From contig NC_086129.1 in NCBI RefSeq assembly GCF_963921235.1, positions 7,006,001-7,070,000 on the forward strand: 64,000 nucleotides of DNA. The letters are read 5' to 3'. This DNA is from Mobula hypostoma (taxonomy: Eukaryota). Each line of letters opens with the position of its first letter. Positions within the stretch are counted from its first letter, which is position 1. A model generated the notes under the pieces. The model saw only the letters and a list, made by a program, of their open reading frames with translations, made no database searches and had not been told where the DNA came from. This document shows, one piece after another, positions 12,205 through 23,904 of this stretch. The position numbers and the translations under genes are program-made.

Positions 12205-12522
12205 GCTGACATCCACTCCACTCCCCTTGCAATTTTTGCTCATTTCTTTCTCAATTCCTGCTAAAACACTGTTTACATTTACATCATTTATTATTATATT
12301 GCAATTTGTCCTCTACTGTGCCTATTGTCTTGTGTATTAATTATTGTACTGCCCTGCACTGTTTGTGCACTTTATGTAGTGCTGTGAAGGTCTGTAGTCT
12401 AGTGTAGTTTTGTGTTGTTTCATGTAGTACCAGGGTCCTGGAGGAACGTTGTTTTGTTTTTACTGTGTACTGTCCCAGCAGTTTATGGTCGAAATGACAA
12501 TAAAAGCGACTTGACTTGACTT
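12205..12522 (+). mobile_element. LINE 3' UTR fragment (Rex1/L2-group type) with (GACTT)n tail
   Basis: Ends gaaatgacaataaaagcgacttgacttgactt. Confidence 0.55.
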
Positions 12523-12735
12523 AAGCAACACATCAAAGTTGCTGGTGAACGCAGTTTGGCAAAATGAGCAACAGTGAACTATTATCTGATTGGGGAAAAT
12601 GTTCACACAACAGAAGTACAGAAGGAAATATGAGTCCTTGGGCAAGACTCCCAGAAGGATAACTTACAGGTTGAGTCTGTGGTAAAGAAGGCAAATGCAA
12701 TGCTGACATTTGTTTAAATTCAAGTAGAATATATA

Positions 12736-13057
12736 TGGGCATCCGTTATCTCGTGAGAGCATGGATTTGCGCCTTGGAAGGTTTCCAGGGCGCAGGCCTG
12801 GCCAAGGTTGTATGGAAGACTGGCAGTTGCCCATTCGGCAAGTCTTCCCTCTCCACGCCACCGATGTTGTCCAAGGGAAGGGCACTGGGACCCATACAGC
12901 TTGGCACTGGTGTATGGCAGAGCAATGTGTAGTTACGTGCCTTAGTTAAGGACGTAGTTAAGGACACAACACGCTGCCTCAGCTGAGGTTCGAACTAGCG
13001 ACCTTCAGATCACTAGACCGACACATTAACCACTTGGCCACGAGCCAACTATAACCG
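12736..13057 (-). mobile_element. tRNA-derived SINE with 13-bp TSD, inserted in a degraded CR1 3' fragment (about 12550-13560)
   Basis: Minus strand has A-box tggccaagtgg and B-box-like agttcgaacc. TSD agtagaatatata at 12723-12735 and 13058-13070. Confidence 0.8.
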
Positions 13058-13649
13058 AGTAGAATATATAAGCAAGGAGATAATGCTGATAGTTTATAAG
13101 ACACTACTTAGGCCGCACTTAGAATATATCTCAGAAAAGGTGTGTTGTCATTGGAGAGGGTACAGAGGATGTTCAAGAATACGATTCCGGGAATGAATGG
13201 TTCAGATATAAGGAGCGTTTGCCAGCCTTTGGCCTGTAATCCTGCACTGACTTATTTTTTTTTAATAAATGCGGGTGTTGGGGAGTAAATCTCACTGAAA
13301 CCCACCGAATGTGGAAAGGTCCGGATAGTGCGGATGAGGAGAGGAATTTTCGAATGGTGGGGTAGCCATAACAGAGGGCACAGTCTCAAAACTGAGGAGT
13401 GACCTTTTAGAGTAGTTAAGGAGGATTTTATTTAGTCAGAGAGCAGTGAATCTGTGGAATTCTCTGACACAGACGACAGTGGGTGGGGGCAGGTTTGTGC
13501 GTACATTTAAGGTTGAAGCTAATAGTTTGCTGATCAGTCAGGGCATCAGGCCAAGAAGGCAGGTGCAGGGGGCTAACGGCATTTCATTGGCTTTGTATCT
13601 GCACTTGGCACAATGACAATAAAGTTGAATCTAATCTAATCTCATCTCA

Positions 13650-15230
13650 TCTATTGGCTCACTTAAATAATTTTTCATCGCGTCTCTCCTGTGTGTGTGT
13701 TTTTTTTTTGTTCTCTCCTGTTGGTTATGTGAAAGCTTTCCAATCCTCTAACTTCCCACTATTTTCTTGGTATATTATATGACCCCCCTTTTGCTTTTAT
13801 CAAAAACAGGAGAGAATCTGTGGATGCTGGAAATCCAGGAAACACATACACAGGATACTGGAGGATCCTAGGAGGCCAGGCAGCATATATGGGAAATAGT
13901 AAACAGCCGGCGTTTTGGGCCGAGACCCTTCATCAGGACTGGGGGGAAAAATATATCTCACCAGAGGAAAATGTGTGGGGTTTGGAGAGTGAAAGAAGTG
14001 GTAGGTGATGGGTGAAACTGGGAGAGGGTTAGCAGTGAAGGAAAAAAATCTTAGGATATAATTTCCTTAACGATTGTCGAAAAATCATTGCTAACACTTC
14101 CACATTTCTTCAGCCGTCTCTTTCAGATCTCTGGGGTGTACAACATCTTGTCCAGGTGACCTATTTACCTTCAGACCTTTGTGTTTCCCCAAGAACCTTC
14201 TCCCGAGTAACGTAACTTTACACATTCTGACCACTGACATCTGGGACTTCCATATTCCTGCCAGTGAATTCGACAAATAAGAGTGATGTACAATACTTAT
14301 TCAGTTCATCTGCCATCACCTTGCACCCCCACCCTATTACTACCTCTTCAGCATCCTTTTTCAATGGTCCGATATCCACTTCCGCCTCTCTTTTACACTA
14401 TATCTACCTGAAGGAAAATGTTGTACCCACTTTAATATTACTGGCTAGCTCACCGAAGTATGTATTCCATCATTTCCTTCTTAATTATTTTAGTTGCATA
14501 CTGTTGCTTTTCAAAGCTTCCCAATCCCCTAACTTCCTAGTATGCCCTCTCTTTGGTTTCTATGTTGCCTGTTCTGTCACCTTACCTTTGGAATACTACA
14601 TCCTCTTTGTGAAGTATATATCCTGTGCCTTCTGAATTGCTTCCAGAAATTCCAGCCATTGCTGCTCTGTTTTCATCCCTGCCCGTGTTCTTTTCAAATC
14701 AATATTGACCATTTTTTTCTCTCTCGTGCCTCTCTAATTCACTTTATTCCACATCTGACGTTAGCTTCTCTTTCTGTAATGTCAGAGTGAATCTGATCAT
14801 ATTCAGATCACTTGCCCCCGAGGGTTCTTTGAACTTAAGTGATCTAATTGATTCTGGTTCAATACAACACCCAATCCAGAATAACTCATCCCCAAGTGGG
14901 CTCAACCACGAGCTGCTCTAAAAAAGCATCTTGTAGGCATGCTAGGAATTCCTCCTCTTGAGACCAACACCATCCTAATTTTCCTAATCACCTGCATGGC
15001 AATCCCTCATGTCTTCTGTAACTCTGCCCCTTTGGCACGCATTTTCTATCTCCCACTGTAATTTGTGGACCACATATTTACTACTGTTTGGAGGTCTCTA
15101 CACAATTCCCATGAGGTTTTTTTTTTACATCTGCTGATCCTTAATTCTACACCTTGCAACCCTATGCCACCCCTTTCTAAAGATTTAATTTAATATTTTA
15201 CCAACAGAGAAACACAACCCCACTAGCAGC
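13650..15230 (-). mobile_element. Degraded CR1 ORF2 fragments with a Penelope-derived insert (about 13800-14040)
   Basis: Minus-strand GLKVNRSPGQDVVHPRDLKETAEE matches the CR1 KSPGPDxxHPRVLKE motif. Confidence 0.65.
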
Positions 15231-15389
15231 TTGTTCTTTCAAGAAACACATAAGTATCTGGGAAACAAGAGGACCTGCAGTTGCTAGAAATCTGGAGAAC
15301 TACACACAAAGTGTTGGAGGAGCTCAGCATGTCAGGCATCATCTATGGATGGGAAGCAACATTTCGGGCCAAGGCTCTTCATCGAGACT

Positions 15390-16402
15390 CGATACCCACG
15401 TATCTGGAATATCAACAAGCACAGAAAGGAGAAAGTAGTGCAAAATAGGGAAAGCCTTTGACAAAATTTAGTCCAAGGCTTAAAAAATCCTGCCAAAACC
15501 AGCTCAATAGTTAACAAATACAACAATGGCAATAAACACTTTCATCAATACCAACATTGACTTTTTTTCAGAAAAATATCTTGGACCCGTTTCAATCAGT
15601 AACATTTACAACGATAAATAAGAACTATTTACACTCAAACCCACTTAGATTAACACTATCTTGGATAGAAGGACGAAGAGAAATAACATACATGAAAAAA
15701 TCACAAAGAAGTCAGATAAAAAATCTAAGTATATATTTTCATCAAAAATGAACAGGATTCAGCGCTCCATGTGCGTATATGTAATCGTGATAAGAAATAC
15801 AGACCAGAAAACTTAACTGAGAGACCAACTCAGAAAAATGAATCATCACTCTGGAAGAAAACATCAACCAGTGGAATGAGTATGACCCTCCATGGGAGAC
15901 ATCCCAAGGATCTGAACAGACGAGATGGTGTCAAGGAAGCAACGAGCACCTGACTGAGAGTTGGAGACCTCTTCCCAGAAACAGAGGTGTTCCTTGCAGA
16001 AATACATGATAACGTGGTTAACAAAAGGAAAAAAAAAATCGAAAATACATGAAATACAAACAAACAAGGCACAAAGTGCAGAAAATGCCAAGAGAAACCA
16101 GCCACAATCCAACATATTCCAGGATCCTGCAGCAGTTTAACTCAATCTGATTACTTACAAAGGTACAATCAAGTGGCAAAAATCTTGCTTTAAAATACAA
16201 ACTCATGAATACCCTCCATCACTTCATAAAGGAACCATAAATTCAAGCCTGATCCAGTTTTAGAGTCAAAATATTACAAATTTTGTGATAATCAATACGT
16301 TATTTCAGCTAGGATAATCCATAATAACCACCTGGATTTAATATTACAGGATAAACAAGCAGGAATAACTCCCTCAATAGATATAACCATTCCCAACACA
16401 CA
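15390..16402 (+). mobile_element. R4/Dong-like RLE non-LTR retrotransposon 3' fragment (CCHC knuckle plus RLE), degraded
   Basis: LHGRHP, GDLFPETEVFLAEIHDNVV, CRKCQEKPATIQHIPGSC, YLQRYNQVA and IHNNHLDLILQDKQAGITPSIDITIPNTH (degenerate PD..D RLE motif), read across frames. Confidence 0.72.
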
Positions 16403-17191
16403 CATGTTCCTCGACCAGTGGAGCACCTCACAACGGGCATTGCTGGTGTCATCAGTCCAACAACCGAATTATTTTCCCTGTCAATCAGCTTCCAAATGTT
16501 GCTACTCTCTCATTCGTTGCCACGCCCCGCTGCCGATTCCATTCTCATCATACGTTCTTACCCTGCCCATCGTCCATAGCTCCAAACTCTGCCCTGTGCA
16601 GACCTGCCTCTGGTTTCTGACCCTGCTCCATTGAACATCCAACTGATGGTTTCCCATTCTGCTTTCAGTCTTTAGAGGACAGTGGTGGTTTTCAACAACC
16701 CTTTAGAAGCATGGAAGATGACCCATAATGTGGAAATAAGCCCTGAATAAGGAGGTTAACTACCAATGTCATTCGTCCTTAGCACAGAGATTTGAGGAGC
16801 GAAGACTATCTCAGACAGAACTGCCGTCAGCTCGTCTTCTTCAGTCTGCAGAAAATTCAAGGGAAACCTCTTCACCCACAGAGTGGTGACTGTTTGGAAC
16901 CCATCACCACAGGGAGAGCAAGAGGGGAGCAACAGGGGAGGATTTAAAAGGACTGTTGTGGAACAGAATCACTGGCAGGGTCCAGCCGGCCTGAGTTAAC
17001 TCTCTACTGTACACTAGTTCTGTTATAAATTCACTAAGTACCGGAGACAGAGTTTAAAATAGAACTGATTTATTTGTCTCAGATCCAGAATATTAAACTC
17101 CAGTCCCATTAAAGGGGAATGAGCAGCAGAAGAATGTCCTCCCATGCCCAGTGAGCAGGGTGCAGAACTGGGTGTGGTGAGCAGCAGCAAT

Positions 17192-18593
17192 GAATGAATG
17201 AATGAATGGAATTTATTTCGGTCAGTACAAACATAACAAAAAGCATCATTTTTAATGATGATTTTATAATGATAATTTCATAAGACAAAATTACAACAAA
17301 AAACACAGATATTCTTTAAAACAGACTGACAGGGTGTAGGCTGAACCGACAGCTTATTATGTCTACCCCGCTTACTCATACAACAAGATATCTGGTGTCA
17401 ATCATCACATCAAAACAAAAACAATCATTATCTTTTAACACAAAATCCAGTTCCAAGTATCATTTATTTACATGACACCCATTCATTTTAAATCATGTAT
17501 TTTATATTTGTTCATTAAATTATTTTGAAATAATTTTATAAACTTGTTAAGTGTGGTGCATGTTTTTAAATTCTCACTACAACTGTTCCATAGATTCACA
17601 CCTCTGACCGAAATACAATGATTTTTTTTTTACATTTGTTCTTATCCTTTGTTTTTGAAATATACATGTTCCCCTCAATTTATTCTGACTTCCTCTCATT
17701 TTAAACAACCTTTGGATACTTTGTGGTAACTGTCCATCTTTTACTTTATACATAATTTGTATTATTTTAAAATCTACAAAATCTCTGAATTTTAAAGTGT
17801 TTAGTTGAATAAATAGTGGATTGGTTGGCTCATAATAACTTCCCTAATTTACAATTTGTATGACTTTCTTTTGGAGTAGAAAAATTGAAGTTGTATTGGT
17901 TTTGTATGTATTTCCCCATATCTCCAAACAGTAAGTCATGTATGGGGCTATAAGTGAACAGTATAATGTATACAAAGATTCCTGATTTAAGAAATCTTGC
18001 GCTTTGTACAGTGTTACAATAGACTTTGACATTTTTGCTTTGACATAATTTATATGTGGTTTCCAGCTTAATTTGTTATCTATTGCCACTCCTAAAAATT
18101 TTGTTTCAGATACCTTATCAATTTAAACATCACTTATTCCAAGTTTACTCTATGAGTTTGGTACACAGTTTCCAAATATTATGAATTTAGTTTTACTTAG
18201 ATACAGTGATAATTTGTTAATATCAAACTACTTCTTTATAATTTTTAGATCTTTCTCCACTGTATCCATAAGTTGTTTCAGATGTTCCTCACTACAAAAT
18301 ATAGTTGTAGCATCAGCAAATAATACACATTTTAATGTCTGAGAAACCCTACATATATTGTTTATATACAATGTGAACAGCAATGGACCAAGCACTAACC
18401 TTGTGGAACCCCACAAATTACTTTCAAAAGTTTTGAATTTGTGTTGTTTATATGCACATACTGATGCATGTCTTCCAAATAACTACTTAACCAGCCATGT
18501 GCCACCCCTGTAATACCATATCTTTCTAATTTTGATCATAATAATTTATGGTCAATGGTGTCAAATGCTTTTTTCAGATCAAGGAATCTTATA
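17192..18593 (-). mobile_element. AT-rich Crack/L2-group LINE, 5'-truncated, inserted in the ZNF 3' UTR
   Basis: FLDLKKAFDTIDHKLL, VLGPLLFTLYIN, LFADATTIF, IDNKLSWKPHINYV, PYMTYCLEIWGNTYKTN. AATAAA then (ATTC)n tail. cagcaat duplicated at 17185-17191 and 18594-18600. Confidence 0.78.
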
Positions 18594-18789
18594 CAGCAAT
18601 AATTGTAGAGTTCAGCACCGACAGTCACTCTTGAAATTGCATTCAGCAATGGTGATGGACAAATATCCAGCATGCAGCCAATTGAAACTTTCTCCCCAGT
18701 GTGAACCCAGTAGTGTGTCACAAGGTATGACTACTGACTGAATCCCTTCCACATTCACAACAGGTGAACGGCCTCTCCCCAGTGTGAAC

Positions 18790-19812
18790 TCAGTGATGCA
18801 CATTTGGTGGTGATGGCTGAGGGGATCTCTTCCCAAGATTTGAGCAGGAGAATGGCCTCTCCCCAGCGTGAACTCGCTGGTGTTTCTGTCGATGAGATGA
18901 CCGAGCGAATCCCTTCCCACATTCACAGCAGGTGAATGGCCACGCCCCAGTGTGAACTGACTGGTGTGCCAGTAGCTCGGATGACCGAGTGAATCCTTTT
19001 CCACAGTCTGAGCAGGTGAATGGCCACTCCCCAGTGTGAACTGACTGGTGTGCCAGTAGTTCGGATGACTGAGTGAATCCTTTCCCACATTCTGAGCAGG
19101 TGAATGGCCACTTCCCAGTGTGAACTGACTGGTGTGCCAATAGGGTGGATGATCGCGTGAATCCCTTTCCACAGTCTAAGCAGGTGTACGGCTTCTCCCC
19201 AGTGTGAACTCGCTGGTGACTCTGTAGGTCGGATGACCGAGTGAATGTCTTCCCACAGACTGAGCAGGTGAACGGCCTCTCGGCAGTGTGAACTGACTGG
19301 TGTGTCAGTAGGTGAGATGCCTGAGTGAATCCCTTCCCACAGTCGGAGCAGGTGAATGGCCTCTCCCCAGTGTGAACTGACCAATGTCTCAGTAGGTGAG
19401 ATGCCTGAGTGAATCCTTTCCCACAGTCTTTGCAGGTGAATGGCCTCGCCCCAGTGTGAACTGACTGGTGTCTGTGTCGGTGAGATGATGTAGTGAATCC
19501 CTTCCCACAGTCTGAGCAGGTGAATGGCCTCTCCCTAGTGTGAACTGACTGGTGTACCAGTAGGTCGGATGACCGAGTGAATCCCTTCCCACAGTCTGAG
19601 CAGGTGAATGGCCTCTCCCTAGTGTGAACTGACTGGTGTACCAGTAGGTCGGATGTCCGAGTGAATCCCTTCCCGCAGTCTGAGCAAGTGAACGGCCTCT
19701 CTCCATTGTGAACTCTCTGATGTACCTTCAGATTATATGACCGAGTGAATCCCTTCCCACAGTCCGAGCAGGTGAATGGCCGCTCCCCGGTGTGAACTCG
19801 CTGGTGAGCCAT
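18790..19812 (-). CDS. Tandem C2H2 (Kruppel-type) zinc-finger protein, 340 aa, 11 intact fingers, no effector domain seen
   Basis: Eleven CxxC-12-HxxxH units with TGERPF-type linkers in one open frame. Splice acceptor ttttacag ending at 20124 (-); candidate polyA signal at 17069-17074 (-). Confidence 0.88.
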   Translation of the reverse strand: MAHQRVHTGERPFTCSDCGKGFTRSYNLKVHQRVHNGERPFTCSDCGKGFTRTSDLLVHQSVHTRERPFTCSDCGKGFTRSSDLLVHQSVHTRERPFTCSDCGKGFTTSSHRHRHQSVHTGARPFTCKDCGKGFTQASHLLRHWSVHTGERPFTCSDCGKGFTQASHLLTHQSVHTAERPFTCSVCGKTFTRSSDLQSHQRVHTGEKPYTCLDCGKGFTRSSTLLAHQSVHTGKWPFTCSECGKGFTQSSELLAHQSVHTGEWPFTCSDCGKGFTRSSELLAHQSVHTGAWPFTCCECGKGFARSSHRQKHQRVHAGERPFSCSNLGKRSPQPSPPNVHH

Positions 19813-20609
19813 TAAGTCAGATGACCAAGTGAATCCTTCCCCACAAATTCAGCAGATGACCAGCCTCTACCCAGGGTGAACTGACTGGTGTGTCCACAGG
19901 TGGGATGACCAACTGAATCCCTTCTCACACACAGACAGATGAGTGGCCTTGTCCCAGTGTGAACTTGCTGATGTACCTTCAGTTGAAATGACCCAGTGAA
20001 TCCCTCCCCACACTCTGAGCAGGAAGGACGGTTGATTGAATCCCTTGCTGCACTTCTTAAATATTTGGGCAGAGACGTGTTGAGATTGAGATTCTCTTAG
20101 ACAAATTCCTTATTGTTTTTAACCTGTAAAAAGATATACAAAATCCATCAATGGATGAAGGACAACATTTCAGATGAGATCACTTTAGTTGCCAAGGTGT
20201 GAACTGTTACAGTGAGGTTCAACCCAAGTTGGAGAGAGAAATCATCTTCTAACTGGGCACAGAGCTGGGATCTGTAATGACCATCAAACTCTCTGATGCT
20301 CTTCCTGTCTCTCTAAGAATGGGGTATTTCTGTCATCTCCAGTCTGTGACCTGGCTCAGTTTGACTCTCTCCATTGGTGTTATTCCCTGTTCCCACTGAG
20401 CTGCATGGGTGCCTGGCCCCACAGTAATTGAAACACTCTCACACAACTAGCCTTTGTTGACGTGCAGCTGTGATTTTCTTTTATGTACTGTTAATTTAAA
20501 GTGCCATTGTTTTAACGCCATGTAAATATCTCCTGCTCAGATGTACTGTATGGTTGATCTGCACAGCTGTTAAAAGGACTAAAAAATTAGTACTTTTTAA
20601 GGTTCTTGT

Positions 20610-21995
20610 CACAGTCATAGAAAAGTATAACACAACACAGGCACTTTGGCCCATCTAGTTTGTGTTGAACTATTTAAACTGTCTACTCCCGTACCCCTAC
20701 CATCCAGGTACCTATACAAACATCTTCAATGTTGAAATTGAGCTCGCATGCACCACTTGTGCTGGCTGCTCATTCAACCCACGGCCTCCGGTTGTGGTCC
20801 CACCCCATCCCAGTGGTAAAAGCCAGCTTGCATTTACCCTATCTATACCCCTCATAATTGTGGTATACCTCCATCAGATCTCCCCTCAATCTTCTGCATT
20901 CCAAGGAATAAAGTCCTGACCTGTTCAATCTTCCCTTATAACCCAAGTCCTCCAGATGTGGCAGCATCCTTGTAAGTGCTGTCTGAACTCTCTCAACCTC
21001 TTTTACATCCTTCCTGTAGGTAGGTGACCAAAACCGCACACAACACTCCAAATTAGGCCACACCAATGTCTTGTACAACGTCAACATAACATCCATCTCC
21101 TGTACTCAGTATTTTACTTTATGAAGGCCATTGTGCCAAAATCTTTCTTTCCATCCCTATCAAACTGGGGCACCACTTTCAGTGAGTTATAGACCTGTAT
21201 TCCCAGATCCCTTCCTTCTACAGCACCCCTCAGTTTGCTACCGGTCACTGTAAGACCTAGATCCTACCAAAGTGCAACACCTCACACTCGTCTGCATTAC
21301 ATTCCATTTTCCATTTCTCAACCCATTATTCATGCTGGTCCAGATCGCACTGCAGGCCATGATAGTCTTCCTCGCTGTCCACTACACCACCAATCTTGGT
21401 GTCATCCACAAATCTGATGACCCAGCGAACCAAGTTATCATCCAGATTACTGATATAGATGACAAAGAACAACAAATCCAGTACCGATCCCTGCGGCACA
21501 CCACTAGTCACAGGCCTCTGGTCAGAGAGGCAGCCATCTGCTACCACACTCTGGCTTCTCACAAAGCCGGTGTCTCATCCAATTTACTATCTCATCTTGA
21601 ATGCTGAGTGACCGAACCTTCTTGACCAACCTTCCATATGAGACTTTGTCGAGTGCCTTGCTAAAGTCGATGTAAACAACATCCATTGCTTTGCCTTCAT
21701 CCACTTTCCTGGTAACTTCAAAGAGAAATTCTATAAAATCGGTTAGACATGACCTACCATGCACAAAGCCATGATGCCTCTCCTTAATCAGTCCACATCT
21801 ATTCAAATACTTATATATCCGGTTCCTGCACACACGTTCCAATAACTTTCCCACTACTGATGTCAGGCTCACCGATGTATAATTTCTTCATTTATTTTTA
21901 GAGCCTTTCATGAACAGCGGAACAACATTGGCTGTCATCCAATCCTCCAGTACCTCACCTATCACTGAAGATTATTTAAATATCTGTGCTTGGGC
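20610..21995 (-). mobile_element. CR1 LINE RT/3' fragment in the ZNF intron
   Basis: SLTSVVGKLLE, HGFVHGRSCLT, IDFSKALDKV, VTSGVPQGSVL, FVDDTKIGG, LYKTLVWPNLECCVRFWSP. Confidence 0.9.
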
Positions 21996-22609
21996 ATTAT
22001 TCCTGTTTTTTTTAGATTTAATCAATATACATATACTCTATAAAGAGTAATGAATAAGAAATATTTATTTATTTATTTCTCTATTATGTATTGAATTGAA
22101 CTGCTGCTGCTAAGTTTACAAGTTTCATGACACATGTCGGTGATAACGTACTGTCTCAGTACTTTTATATTTGTGTGCTGTGGCACTTCTTTTATTCGAA
22201 GTTATTTTGTAAAGAACACTTTTGTTTGCATTTCAGGTCAGATGCTATTTGCATTTCATTGGCTTTGTATCTGTACTCGGCACAATGACAATAAAGTTGA
22301 ATCGAATAAACTCGATTCTGATTTTGATTGTTTTTTTGATCTGGGGAGAGAAAAGCCAACGGGATGATAGATTATACGTTATTTCTGGTAACAAAACATC
22401 TGTAGATGTGAACTTACCACTATCACGGACATTTACAAAGACAGGTGTGTAAAAAGAGTCTGAAGGATCATTGTGGACCCGAGTCATTCCAAAAACAAAC
22501 TGTTCCAGCTGCTTCTATCCAGGAAGCGGTATCGCAGCATAAAAGCCAGGACCAACAGGCTCCTGGACAGCTTCTTCCACCAGGCCATCAGACTGATTAA
22601 TTCTTGCCA

Positions 22610-23040
22610 ATGGTGGCACTAGCAAGCCTTACCACGAGGATATTATTCCCCTTCTAGTTCTGTTCCCCTAACAAACAAATCACTTATCACCTCTTTGACT
22701 TTCCACTGCCAGGTAATACCCACACGCCCACCAATATCTAAAGTGGACTACCTGTTGTTGTGGGGGATGGCCACAGGAGTACTCTGCGATGGCTATTTAA
22801 CCTCATTTCCCTTCCTGACCCTCACCCAGTTTCCTGTGTCCTGACCCTCACCCAGTTTCCTGTGTCCTGCACCCTGGATGTAACTCACCTCTGTTCATGT
22901 CATATCTATCACCATCTCTGACTCCCGGATGAGCCGGAATTCATCCATTTCCAGCTCCAACTCCATAAAATGAAGGGTTACAAGCTGCAGCTGGATGGAC
23001 ATCTTGTCGGTCAGGGACACTGGAGGTCTCCCCACCTTCC
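22610..23040 (-). mobile_element. CR1 ORF1 N-terminal fragment
   Basis: IQLQLVTLHFMELELEMDEFRLIRESEMVID, the coiled-coil segment typical of CR1 ORF1. Confidence 0.6.
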
Positions 23041-23904
23041 CATCAATGTCTCCTCTAATTTGTAATGACCAGTAGGCACAAAAATCCTGCAATGTGCATT
23101 TTATTTTTTGCATGGTGACAACAACATGTGCACGCTGAATTGTATATATAGAGGTATTCATTTCAACAGCTAGCAAATCACTGTCAATAGAACTTTGATC
23201 TCCTCTGGGTTTGATCGAGTTCATCTGCACTCTCACACATCCTATGCAGCAGGCCTGTAGTGGGTTATGAAGGATTTTCTTGCCAGAGCTTTTGCACACT
23301 GTCCATATGTGACTTGCTTGCAAAATGATGCTTTAAAACGTCAGGTTTCCAAATATCACTCCACTCGTCCCACTTGCAAATTCTCCAGGAACTTTTCCAT
23401 TGCCACAATACACACAGGTAACACCAGTTTCAGTATTGTACGCAAATATTTCCCCTGAACCCTCCCCCAGGTGACTGACGGTGGTGAACTCATTGATGGC
23501 AATGCCAATGAATATGAAGGGAAGGGCAGTAGTCTGTCTCATTGGAGTCTGACACATTTGTGATGTGAAAGCTACTTCTGCCCAGGACAAAGGTGTTTGA
23601 TATCATTACGTACTCAGAGAGAATGGGTCAAAACATGTTCCCACGGGTAGAAAAATCTAGAACACGAGGAGGTAGAAGAAGCATGGAGGAACTCAGCAGC
23701 CCAGGCAGCATCTATGCAAAAGAGTACTAATGCTGAGTTCCTCCAGCATTTTGTGTGTGTTGCTTGGATTTCCAACATCTGCAGATTTCCTCTTGTTTGT
23801 GATTGGAGGCTGAACAAAGGTGATTTTCTTAACAGCTGATGTAAAAGATTTTGCTCCCTTTCTCTGTGTTCCGAATCCTTACATTTAGATAGCAAGTTCA
23901 GGGC

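Noticed and set aside
12990-13050. tRNA gene
   Set aside because: The A/B boxes belong to a SINE head followed by a non-tRNA body and flanked by a TSD.
18612-19706. Alternative-frame ORFs over the zinc-finger array (also 31717-32636)
   Set aside because: Shadow frames of the 84-bp finger repeat.
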